Assembly (NCBI GenBank): GCA_040081625.1 | Contig: JBEBGD010000089.1 | Span: 1-22,700 of the forward strand | Reading direction: 5' to 3' | Length of the DNA: 22,700 nucleotides | From: Chthoniobacteraceae bacterium | Lineage (GTDB): Bacteria > Verrucomicrobiota > Verrucomicrobiia > Chthoniobacterales > Chthoniobacteraceae | Shown here: positions 8,734-17,400 of the stretch, in pieces | Layout of the letters: each line of letters starts with the position of its first letter | How positions within the stretch are numbered: position 1 is the first letter of the stretch | Position numbers and translations under genes: made by a program | The notes under the pieces: generated by a model | Told to the model about the DNA's origin: nothing | What the model saw: the letters and a program-made list of their open reading frames with translations, nothing else | The model's database searches: none

Positions 8734-9609
8734 TTACGGCAGCACCGCCCAGATCTCGGCGATGCGATTCTTGGCGGCGCTGTTTTTGTCGAGCAGCGTG
8801 GTGCCGCCCATGGCGACGGCGTGCGTGATGTTTCTCACCGCGCATTGATTCTCCAGGAAATCGACGACCGACTTCGCGCGCTTCTCGGAGATCGCATAGT
8901 TGGTCTTCTCATCACCCGAGGCGTCGGCGAAGCCGAGCACGACGAAGACGGCGTCCTTGTCGCGGAGCTTCATCACGACCGGGCTCTCAAGCAGCGTCTT
9001 GACCTGCGGGGCGGAACTGGCCGGCATTTGCGACTGGCCCGAGGAGAAGCTGATCTCAACGACCTTGCGCATGTCGCGCGTGCGCTGGACGGCGTTGTAG
9101 AGGCGGTCTTTTTTCTCGAGGCTCAAGTTGGGCATCTTGTCGATCCGAGTGAGCACTTCCTTTCGGACCTGGTCGGTGACGGCTTCGTTCGTGGCGACCG
9201 GCGCAGCGGGCGGCGGTTCGTTCGCGACGGGAGGCGCGGGCTCCGGCGCGGGCGGGACCATTTTCGTCGTGGTGTTCGGTGGCGTCGGCGTCGGCGTCGG
9301 CGGTTCGGGCTCCGGCGATGGCGGCGCGGGCACGACTTCCGGAGCCGGGACCACTTCGGTGATCTCGGTCGAACTGGCGGCCTTTTTCTTCATCAGCTTC
9401 ATGCCCACGACGGCGCCGAGGGCGACGACGAGCACCGCGACGATGATCGCCGCGATGCGGACCGTGCCGCCTGCGGCGCCGCCGGCCTTCGCCAGCGGCT
9501 TGCCGCATTCGGGGCAGACGAACGGCGCTTCGGCTTCGAGTTCTATCGTTTCACCCCGGTAGGCTTTGAGACAGCCGGAGTGGTTCATGCATTTGGCGGA
9601 CACCTTCAT
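8734..9609 (-). CDS. Zn-ribbon - TM - Pro-rich linker - OmpA/MotB-like peptidoglycan-binding protein
   Basis: C7-x5-C13...C32PEC35; TM IAAIIVAVLVVALGAVVGM; PSPEPEPPTPTPTPP linker; OmpA_C motif GFADASG...NYAISEKRAKSV...NRIAEI. Confidence 0.88.
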   Translation of the reverse strand: MKVSAKCMNHSGCLKAYRGETIELEAEAPFVCPECGKPLAKAGGAAGGTVRIAAIIVAVLVVALGAVVGMKLMKKKAASSTEITEVVPAPEVVPAPPSPEPEPPTPTPTPPNTTTKMVPPAPEPAPPVANEPPPAAPVATNEAVTDQVRKEVLTRIDKMPNLSLEKKDRLYNAVQRTRDMRKVVEISFSSGQSQMPASSAPQVKTLLESPVVMKLRDKDAVFVVLGFADASGDEKTNYAISEKRAKSVVDFLENQCAVRNITHAVAMGGTTLLDKNSAAKNRIAEIWAVLP

Positions 9610-9647
9610 GACGCGACGCTAGACTCGCGGGCTGCGCGACGGCTAGC
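9610..9647 (-). promoter_or_regulatory. Candidate leaderless -10 box inside an imperfect inverted repeat
   Basis: Minus strand TAGCGT-6 nt-ATG; inverted arms GCTAG/CTAGC (9618-22/9643-47) and TCGCG/CGCGA (9625-29/9635-39). Confidence 0.35.
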
Positions 9648-9655
9648 AGTATTTT

Positions 9656-10390
9656 TCACCCGTCGGCGAAGGCGGTGAGGTCTTCGGGCAGGGGCGACTC
9701 CCAGCCGGTGCCGCAGGTTTCGAGGCGGAGCGCGGCGGAATGGAGAGCGTGGCGCGGGAGGAGGAGGCGTGTGGCGAGCGCGGGCGTCCAGCCAGTCTCG
9801 ATGAATTCGAGATAGCAGCGCTCGTCGGGGCCGTAGATTTTGTCGCCGACGACGGCGTGGCCGCTGTGCGCCAGGTGGACACGGATCTGGTGCGTGCGGC
9901 CGGTCTCGGGGAAGGCGCGCACGATGGCGAACTCGCGGCCATTCGTCGTGTCGCGGGTGAAGCGTCGCTCGACGCGGAAGCGCGTGCGCGCCGGTGAGCC
10001 GTTCGCGTGGATGCCTTGCTTGAGCCAGATGCGGAAGGGCTCGACCGAGCCGAGCCGCAGCAGCGGGGCATCGATTTCCCATTCGTCGCGTTCCGGCCAG
10101 CCCCACACGATCGCGAGGTATTCCTTGGCGATCGTGCGCGCGGTCATTTGGCGCGTCAGCTCGCGGGCGGCGGCGCGGGTCTTGGCGATGAGCGTGAGGC
10201 CGCTGGTCTCGCGGTCGAGGCGGTTGATGATGGAGACCTGCCCGCCGTTCGCGACTTCGTAGGCGAGCAGTTCGCGCAAGCCATCCCACAGCGTTCGCTT
10301 CCCGCCGGGCTTGCTCGGATGCGCCTCGAGGAAGGGCGGCTTGTCCACGACGATGTGGTCGGCGGTTTCCGCGATCAGCTTGAACGGCAC
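9656..10390 (-). CDS. RluA-family pseudouridine synthase (no S4 domain)
   Basis: VVDKP, catalytic NRLDRETSGL, KEYLAIV.G, TGRTHQIRVHL, GDKIYG, HALHS. Confidence 0.94.
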   Translation of the reverse strand: MPFKLIAETADHIVVDKPPFLEAHPSKPGGKRTLWDGLRELLAYEVANGGQVSIINRLDRETSGLTLIAKTRAAARELTRQMTARTIAKEYLAIVWGWPERDEWEIDAPLLRLGSVEPFRIWLKQGIHANGSPARTRFRVERRFTRDTTNGREFAIVRAFPETGRTHQIRVHLAHSGHAVVGDKIYGPDERCYLEFIETGWTPALATRLLLPRHALHSAALRLETCGTGWESPLPEDLTAFADG

Positions 10391-10398
10391 GCGCGGCG

Positions 10399-10890
10399 TC
10401 AGTCGCGGAAATTGCCGAAGGCCAGGCCGACGCCGAAGTCATTGCCGCGGCAGAAGGCGATGACTTCCTGGAGGTCGTCGCGCTTTTTTCCGCTCACGCG
10501 AATCTTCCGGTCCTCGAGCGCGCTTTGCACTTTGAGCTCCTGCGCCTTGATGGCCTTCACGATCTCCTTGGCCTTGTCGCCGTCGAGTCCCTGCTTGATG
10601 ACGAAGTCCTGCGTGGCGTGGCCGAGCGGCGAGATGGCGGGATCTTTGCGCTCGACGTTGCGCAGGTCGATGCCGCGCTTGGCGAGTTTGCCGATGACGA
10701 TTTCGCTGAGGCTCTTCAGCCGCGACGCGTCCTCGGCTTTCATCTCGATCTTCGAGTCCTTCTCGTTCCACTCGATCGTGGCGTTCGATCCCTTGAAATC
10801 GAAGCGCTGCGAGAGCTCCTTGCGGGCCTGGTTGATGGCGTTGTCGATCTCCTGGTTATCGACGTCGGAGACAATATCGAATGAGGGCAT
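10399..10890 (-). CDS. yajQ: YajQ family nucleotide/c-di-GMP-binding protein
   Basis: MPSFDIVS, QEIDNAINQA.KE..QRFDFKG, IRVSGKKRDDLQ, terminal NFRD. Confidence 0.97.
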   Translation of the reverse strand: MPSFDIVSDVDNQEIDNAINQARKELSQRFDFKGSNATIEWNEKDSKIEMKAEDASRLKSLSEIVIGKLAKRGIDLRNVERKDPAISPLGHATQDFVIKQGLDGDKAKEIVKAIKAQELKVQSALEDRKIRVSGKKRDDLQEVIAFCRGNDFGVGLAFGNFRD

Positions 10891-10893
10891 GGC

Positions 10894-12180
10894 CTACTCG
10901 TAGCGCAGGGCCTTGACCGGGTCGAGCCTCGCGGCTGTCCACGCGGGGATGAGCGCGGCGATGGAGCAGATGACGAAGGCGCTCGCGCAGATGATCGCGA
11001 TATCCTGCGGCACGAGCTCGGCGGGGATCTGCGAGAACTGGTAGATGCCGGGCGGAAAAAGCTCGATGCCGAGCACGCGCGCGAGCCAGTCCTTGAACTC
11101 GTTGCGGAACTGCACGGTGATCATGCCGACGCCGACGCCCAGCAGTGTGCCGATGATGCCGACGACGATGCCTTGCTGAAAAAACACGAGCACGATCTGC
11201 GAAGGCGGCGCGCCGAGCGCCTTGAGCACGCCGATCTCGCGGCGCTTTTGCACGGTCACGGTGATGAGCGTGTTCATGATGCCGAAGCCGGCGACGACGA
11301 CGATGATCGTGAGGATGACGAACATCGTGTTCCGCTCCATTCGCACGGCGTCGAAGAACTGTTTGTTCAAGTCCATCCATGACCAGACGGCGGTGCCGAG
11401 TGGCAGGTGCGGCTCGATCGCGGCGACGATCGGCGCGAGCCCGTAGGGGTCGGCCGTGCGGACCGAGAGGCCGTGGATGTCGTCGCCGAGGCCGTAGAGT
11501 TCCTGGCCGATGAAGAGCGGGGTGAGGATGTATTCGGCGTCGTAGGTGTAGCGGCCGCTCTCGAAGATGCCGACGACTTCGAGCTCCGCGGGCAGCACGA
11601 CTTCCTTGAGTTCGTCGAGCGCGGTGGTGTCCTTCGGGTCTTTGCGCACGCGCTCGATCATGCCGAGGATGTCGCCGATGTTGCGCGGCGCATAGATGGT
11701 GACCTTGTCGCCGAGCTGCGCGCCGAGGCTGTGCGCGAGTTCGGTGCCGAGCAGGCACTGGTCGCTGCCCAGCTCGTGCGTGCCGGCTTTGATCATGGTG
11801 CTCAGGTCCGCGATCTTCAGCTCGCGCCCGATCTCGATGCCGCGGATTTTAGGCGTGACGATGCGGCCGTTGAACTCGGCGATGACGGGCCCTTGCACGA
11901 AGGGCGCGGTGGCGACGACGCCCGGCGCCTTGCTCACCTCGGCGTCGAGATCGCGCCAGTCGCGGAGGATTTGTTCGTTGGTGAGGATGAGGTGCGCGTC
12001 GAAGCCGAGCACCTTGCGCTGGAGCTCGCGGTCGAAGCCGGTCATCACCGCGATGACGACGACGAGCGCCCAGACGCCGAAGACGACGCCGAGGACGGAG
12101 AGCACGGTGATGACGGAGACGAAGGTGCGCTTCGGCTGCAGGTAGCGCAGCGCGAGGAAGAGGCTGAACGGGAGCTTCAC
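10894..12180 (-). CDS. LolC/LolE-family lipoprotein-releasing ABC transporter permease
   Basis: ALRYL, SVITVLSVLGVVFGV.ALVVVIAVMTGF, KRREIGVLKALGA, GIYQFSQIP, PAWTAARLDPVKALRYE; GTG start. Confidence 0.92.
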   Translation of the reverse strand: MKLPFSLFLALRYLQPKRTFVSVITVLSVLGVVFGVWALVVVIAVMTGFDRELQRKVLGFDAHLILTNEQILRDWRDLDAEVSKAPGVVATAPFVQGPVIAEFNGRIVTPKIRGIEIGRELKIADLSTMIKAGTHELGSDQCLLGTELAHSLGAQLGDKVTIYAPRNIGDILGMIERVRKDPKDTTALDELKEVVLPAELEVVGIFESGRYTYDAEYILTPLFIGQELYGLGDDIHGLSVRTADPYGLAPIVAAIEPHLPLGTAVWSWMDLNKQFFDAVRMERNTMFVILTIIVVVAGFGIMNTLITVTVQKRREIGVLKALGAPPSQIVLVFFQQGIVVGIIGTLLGVGVGMITVQFRNEFKDWLARVLGIELFPPGIYQFSQIPAELVPQDIAIICASAFVICSIAALIPAWTAARLDPVKALRYE

Positions 12181-12201
12181 CGGCGAAACAGCGGGCGCGG
12201 C

Positions 12202-12744
12202 TCAGCGGGCGGCGCGCTGGAATTCATCGTAGGCCATGACCGAGCCGTCGGGGAAGATCATGAGCGCGCCATTGCCGTGACCGCTGAAGATCTCGATGAG
12301 CCACGGCTGCGTGGGCCACTTGCGCGGCGTGCTGGGCTGTTCGTCGAAAGGCGTCGGCATGTAGTGGATTTTCCTGGCGGGCGGCTTGCGCCCGCCGGAT
12401 TGCGCCTCGGAGAAAGTGCCGGTCTGCATCTCGCGCAGCAGCGTCGGGCACTGCCAGGTCTTTTCGCTGATGCCGACCTTGCGCAGCTCATCGATCCACC
12501 ATTCGTCGTATTTCTCATCCTGGAGCTTGTGCGGAGACTGCGGCCAGCGCTCGAACTGCGTGAGGTAGGAGGAGAGGCCGGCGTAGAGGTTGCGCAGGTT
12601 GCCGGTGCAGTTGATCCGCTCGGTGCGCCCGCGGATCTGATTGAACGCGCCGACCGAGAGCACCGCGAGGACGGCGATGATCGCGACGACGACCAGCAGC
12701 TCGATGAGGGTGAATCCCGAACCGGTGCCGCGGCGCCGCGTCAT
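12202..12744 (-). CDS. Prepilin-type N-terminal cleavage/methylation protein with C-terminal H-X9-DG motif
   Basis: G|FTLIELLVVVAIIAVLA; C..NLR; WQCP; HGNGALMIFPDG is exactly H-X9-DG. Confidence 0.92.
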   Translation of the reverse strand: MTRRRGTGSGFTLIELLVVVAIIAVLAVLSVGAFNQIRGRTERINCTGNLRNLYAGLSSYLTQFERWPQSPHKLQDEKYDEWWIDELRKVGISEKTWQCPTLLREMQTGTFSEAQSGGRKPPARKIHYMPTPFDEQPSTPRKWPTQPWLIEIFSGHGNGALMIFPDGSVMAYDEFQRAAR

Positions 12745-12778
12745 GAATGAAATGGCGGGAGCGGCCTGTCGGGTCCGC

Positions 12779-13516
12779 TTACGGATTGGTCGGCACCAGC
12801 GGCTCGATGCTGCTGAACGAATTGAGCGACGTGTAGCCGGTCAGCGACGTGCGCGAGCCGCGAATCTCGAACGGCGTCGTCGCGCGCACCGTGGTGCTGA
12901 AGACGGTCGCGTCGGTCGTCCCCTGCACGATCTGCGGGGAGATGTTGTCGTCGCCGTTGTCAGCACTGCCGCTGCCGGTGATCGTGACGCCGCCCGCGAC
13001 GGTGAAGCCGGTGGTGACCGTCACCGGGTTGGCGACGGTGGTGACTTCGCCTTTGCCCTCGAAGGTGATCGCGATCGGGTAGCCCTGCATCTCCGCGGTC
13101 CACGCGCCCTCTGCGGAGCTGCGCGCGGTGATGATCTGCGTGCTGTTTTGGTCCTGCACGCTCGAGCCGCTGGTGCCGTTGCCTTCGCCATTGGGGAGCA
13201 GGGCGATGCCGATGAGCGCGCCGGCGATGCGCTGGTTGGCGGCGTCGGCGATGGCCTGGCAGGCGCCGTAGCTCATGATGCCCTCGTGGAAGACGGTGAA
13301 GCGGCCATTGCTCTCGCTCGAGTCGGAGATGCCGAACTGGAGGAGGCCGATGAGATTTTTGCCTGTCATCACGCCCGAGTAGGTGCCGCCCGCGGTCTCG
13401 CCGAGGCTGCGTCCATTATCGAACGGCCCACCGGTCAGCGCGAAGGCAGCGGGCGTGTAGGCGAACATGCTGGCGAGCATGAGCGGGGCGAGGGCTTTGA
13501 GGGTGCGGTTCTTCAT
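12779..13516 (-). CDS. Hypothetical secreted protein (245 aa, Gly/Ser/Thr-rich)
   Basis: Signal peptide MKNRTLKALAPLMLASMFAYTPAAFA; ATG 13516 preferred to the longer ORF start, which overlaps rdgB. Confidence 0.82.
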   Translation of the reverse strand: MKNRTLKALAPLMLASMFAYTPAAFALTGGPFDNGRSLGETAGGTYSGVMTGKNLIGLLQFGISDSSESNGRFTVFHEGIMSYGACQAIADAANQRIAGALIGIALLPNGEGNGTSGSSVQDQNSTQIITARSSAEGAWTAEMQGYPIAITFEGKGEVTTVANPVTVTTGFTVAGGVTITGSGSADNGDDNISPQIVQGTTDATVFSTTVRATTPFEIRGSRTSLTGYTSLNSFSSIEPLVPTNP

Positions 13517-13547
13517 GGCTGGGAGTTTGGTTGGAAAAGGTCCGCGC

Positions 13548-14150
13548 TTATCGCCGCGTGGCGGATTGGGCGTCAACAAGTTTTCTCAGGAACTCGCGCG
13601 CCTGCCCGAGCGCCCGGGCGCGGTGGCTGAGGCCGTTCTTGGTCGCCGCCGGCAGTTCGCCGAAGGTCTGCGCGAATCCATCCGGCACGAAGAGGATATC
13701 GTAGCCGAAGCCGCCGGCGCCGCGTTCCGCGCCGATGATCCCACCCTCGACCGCGCCGCTGAAGGTGCCGAGCACCGCGCCCTCGCGCGCGACGACCATC
13801 GCGCAGTGGAAGCGGGCGGGGGAGGGGAAGGCGCGCAGCTCGCGGAGCAGGCGGGCGCGATTGTCCGCGTCGGTAGCGCCCGGTCCGGCGTAGCGCGCGG
13901 AGATCACGCCCGGCGCACCGCCGAGCGCATCGACTTCCAGCCCGCTGTCGTCGGCGAGCACGAGGCCGGGGAAAAGCTGCGACGCGGCGACCGCTTTGAT
14001 CGCCGCATTCTCCGCGAAGGTCGCGCCGGTTTCCTCGGGAGCCTCGATCGCCGGATGCGAGGTGAGATCTTCGACCTGCCAGCCGTCGCCGAGGATGGCG
14101 GCGATCTCGGCGGTCTTGTGGGCGTTCTTCGTGGCGATGAGCAGGCGCAT
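13548..14150 (-). CDS. rdgB: RdgB/HAM1 non-canonical purine NTP pyrophosphatase
   Basis: ATKNAHK, ETGATFAENAAIKA, DDSGLEVDALGGAPGVISARY, GFGYD, KNGLSHR. Confidence 0.96.
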   Translation of the reverse strand: MRLLIATKNAHKTAEIAAILGDGWQVEDLTSHPAIEAPEETGATFAENAAIKAVAASQLFPGLVLADDSGLEVDALGGAPGVISARYAGPGATDADNRARLLRELRAFPSPARFHCAMVVAREGAVLGTFSGAVEGGIIGAERGAGGFGYDILFVPDGFAQTFGELPAATKNGLSHRARALGQAREFLRKLVDAQSATRR

Positions 14151-14152
14151 GG

Positions 14153-14237
14153 GAGTGACGAATGAGTAATGAGATAGTGGGGAGGGAAGCCCGAATGGCG
14201 AAAAATGAATGCGTCGCGCGCTCCGGCTCAGTCATTC
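14153..14237. repeat. Degenerate tandem heptamers (consensus ~GAATGAC)
   Basis: GAGTGAC-GAATGAG-TAATGAG (14153-73), GAATGGC-GAAAAAT-GAATGCG (14193-213), inverted GTCATTC (14231-37). Confidence 0.45.
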
Positions 14238-14243
14238 AACCTA

Positions 14244-14376
14244 GGACATTGATTGCTCAGCTTTCCAATGTCCGCGCCTGAGTGCGGCAACCCAATACCG
14301 ACATGCGGGGCATCACTGGCGAAGCCTGGATTTGATCGCCTGTCGGTGCCGGCATCGACGGCGGACTACAGAGCGA
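14244..14376. other. Structured non-coding segment (nested and alternative inverted repeats); unidentified
   Basis: GGACATTG/CAATGTCC; ACCGACA/TGTCGGT; GTCCGC/GCGGAC; TTGCTC/GAGCGA; alternative hairpin 14337-14363 adjacent to CTAC. Confidence 0.4.
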
Positions 14377-14424
14377 CGGGCTCCCGGCATTCGATTGCCT
14401 CCGCCTCCGGGCTTGGTGACGGAG

Positions 14425-17400
14425 CTACTTCTTCAAGCTCACGAGGAACTCGACGAGATCGAGAAACTCCTGCGGCGACATCGTCGCGGCGAGGCCCTCG
14501 GGCATCGAGGATTGCCTGAGCGTCTCGCGCTTCTTCACGTCCGTCTTCGTGATGTCGCGCACGAGACCGCCCGGCACCGTGAAGCTGATCGTGTCGGCGG
14601 TTTCCTTCGCGATGAAGCCGGTCATCGCTTCGCCGCCGGCGAGCTCGAGGTTCGTGATCGCGAACTTCGGGTCCACCTTCGCGTTCGGCTCGAGGATGCT
14701 GTCGATGATCTCCTCGCGTTTGAGCCGCGTGCCTACACCGGCGAAGTCCGGGCCGTAAGCGATGCCTTCGGCCCCGAATTTGTGGCAGGCGATGCAGATG
14801 CGCCGGGCGATGGCCTTGCCCTGCTCGGCGTTGCCTTTGCCGAGCGCGACCTGCCCGAGCAACGTGGGCCGCTGCGAGGTCGGCGCGCCGGCGATGAGTT
14901 TCTTGAGCGCCTCGGCGGCTCCTTTCGTCGGCTGCGCACCGGTGGCTTTCGCGTTCAGCAAGGCGAGGCCGGCGGCGTTATTTGCGGCGATGGAGTTGGT
15001 CTTGAGCGCGGTTTTCCACACGCCTTCGAGCGCGCTGAGCGTGGCGTCGAGCGTGTAGTCGATCCAATAGTCACGAGGATGCGCTGTGGCGGCGGTGAGC
15101 GCGAGTTCCACGCTCTCCTTCGACGCGATGAAGCTGAGCGCGCGGATGACTTCGAGCCGCGTGCGCGCGAAGTCGTCGCTCGCGGCATCGCGCACGAGAG
15201 CGATGAATTTCTCCGCCGGGACGAAGCCGGGCACCTGCTCTTCGCTCAGCACGCGCACCGCTGCGGCGCGCGCGTCGCCGGTCTTCGACTTGAGCACGCG
15301 CGCGGCGAGCGCGAGATCGACAGCGTGCTGGCCTTGCTGCGCCCAGAGCGCCTCGGTGAGCAGCCGATCGTCGCCTCCATTCTTCGCGACCCATTCCTTC
15401 ACGGCGACGAGCACGTCGTATTTGTTCCGATCGCGCAACTCCCGCCGCGCGCGGTAGCGCGTGCGCCATTCGTATTCCTTGAGCTGGTCGAGCAACTCGA
15501 TGGCGCTCTTCCCCGCCTGCGTCACCGGCGTGAGCAGCGGCCGGCCTTTCGCCACGAGCCGATACACACGGCCATGCGAGTGATCGCGGTGCGGGTCGCG
15601 CTGCGAATACTGCATGTGCCCGAGCAGCGCGGTGTGCCAGTCCGCGAAATAGAGTGCGCCATCCGGGCCGATCTGCGGGTCGGCGGGGCGGAAGTTTTTG
15701 TCGTCCGAGTCGAGCAAGTCCCACGGCTGGCCGTCGCGCGTGCGCCGCTTGCCGTGATAGCCTGCGCCGTCGTCGCCGAGCGAAAACGTCGTAAGGCCGT
15801 GCATGTTGTTCACGCACGCATAGACGAAAAGCCGCTGCACCTCCGGCGGGAATTGCCGCGTGACGATGAACTCGTTGCCGACGTTCGGCCTCATGCCCAT
15901 GCCGTCGAAGATCGTGTTCAAGCCTTTGCGTCCCGGGAACTCCGCGCCGCTCAGCGGGCTGTCCCAGTGCTGCTGCGGCGTGGTGCCGTCGCCGACGAAG
16001 CCCTGGCCCCATTCGTTGAAGACGTAGCACCATGGGTTGCCGTAGCCGGGCGTGTTGTAGTGCCGCAGCTTCTGCGTGCGCGGATCGAGGATGTAATTGC
16101 CGCTCGCGTTCTGCCGCCGCAGCGGCCCCCACGGCGTCTCGACCGAGGTGGTGAGCGACACGCCCTCGAGCATTTGCAGCAGCCCGCCGTGCGACCACTC
16201 GAACGCGCCGATCGTGTGATGCGTGTCGTCGGTCGCCCAGCCGTCGCTGAGCTGCACGACCACGTCCGCCTTGTCGTCGCCGTCGGTGTCCTTGAGCCAC
16301 AGCATCCGCGGCTCGTCCATCACGAGCACGCCGCCATTCCAAAACTCGAACCCCGTCGGGCACGCGAGCTTGTCGTAGAAGACGGTCATCTTTCGCGCGC
16401 GACCGGTCGCGTCGAAGTCGTCGAAGATGAGCAGCCGGTCGCTCGGCTTCGCGTCGCCCGGCTTCCACTGCGGATACGTCGGCATGCACGACACCCAGAG
16501 CCGGCCGCGGTTGTCGAAGTTGATCTGGTCCGGCTTCGCGAGCTGCGGAAATTCGCGCTCGCTCGCGACGAGCTGCACCTCGAAACCTTCGGGCACCTTC
16601 ATCGCCGCGATGCTCTCCTCGGGCGTGAGATACTTCAGCTCCGCGGGCTCGGTCGTGGGCTTCGTGCCAAAGCCACCCTTGGGAGTGAACAGCACGCCGG
16701 TCCTGGAATCATCAGGCTTCAGCGCCCATCCCTGCGTCGCCGCCCACACGACTTTATCGCGCACCTCGGCCATCTTGCGGATCTTCGCGAACTCGCGCGG
16801 GAACGTCTCCATATCGAGCGTGCGCCGGCCGCCATAGACATACCAGCCGTTGAGCATCCGGTAGTCCTGGAGATGCACCCACGACTTGTCGTTCACCGCC
16901 GCGCGCAGGCGGTCGAAGTAGGCGCCGGGCTTCGCGGGGCTCGTCGTTTGGAAGAGCGCGCGATCGAGCAACGCGGCAACCTCGCGGTCGCCCGCTTCGT
17001 TTTGGTGCGCTCCGTTCACGGTGAATTGCAACCCCGGTTCCTGCGCGAAAAGCGCCTCCGTGTCCGCGAAGAGCTCCACGAACGCGAGCGCGCGCGCCTG
17101 CGCCACTTCCGCGACCGCCGCGGCGTAGAGCTTGAGGTTCGCGTTCTCCTTTTTTCCGTCGGGCAAAAAGCCATCGTCCGCGCCTTCCACAGCCGTGGGC
17201 GAGACGAGCACAAAGCGCGGCGCGGCCTGCGTGTCGTCGCGCGGATACGTCTTCGCCATCGAGTCGAGATACTTGCCGTAGCTCTCCTTGAACTTCGCCA
17301 CACCCTTCGCGCCCGCGAAGGACTCGTTGTAGCCGAAAAAGCACAGGTAAGTATCCGCTCCGAACATCGCGAGCGGGTCGTCGAGCTTCACATAGTCGCT

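Noticed and set aside
9200..9370. Thr/Pro-rich linker (PTPTPTPPNTTT) as phospho-ligand for the neighbouring FHA domains
   Set aside because: It lies after the TM helix on the same side as the OmpA_C domain (presumed periplasm), out of reach of cytoplasmic FHA domains.
6393..9609. Type VI secretion accessory cluster (FHA plus OmpA-like, as in TagH/TagL)
   Set aside because: No T6SS core genes in the window, and the FHA domains are fused to an ABC exporter.
13545..13576. Promoter TTGACG-N18-GATAAG for the secreted protein gene
   Set aside because: The -10 candidate lacks both conserved T positions; too weak to call.
5977..14150. EVE, RluA, YajQ and RdgB as a dedicated nucleotide-modification or defence system
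   Set aside because: All are common stand-alone genes interleaved with envelope genes; no nuclease, methylase or toxin partner is adjacent to EVE.
14207..14392. Naming the structured region as 6S RNA, tRNA, SRP RNA or a known riboswitch
   Set aside because: Length and rod shape are only suggestive; I could not match diagnostic motifs by eye, so it is left unidentified.
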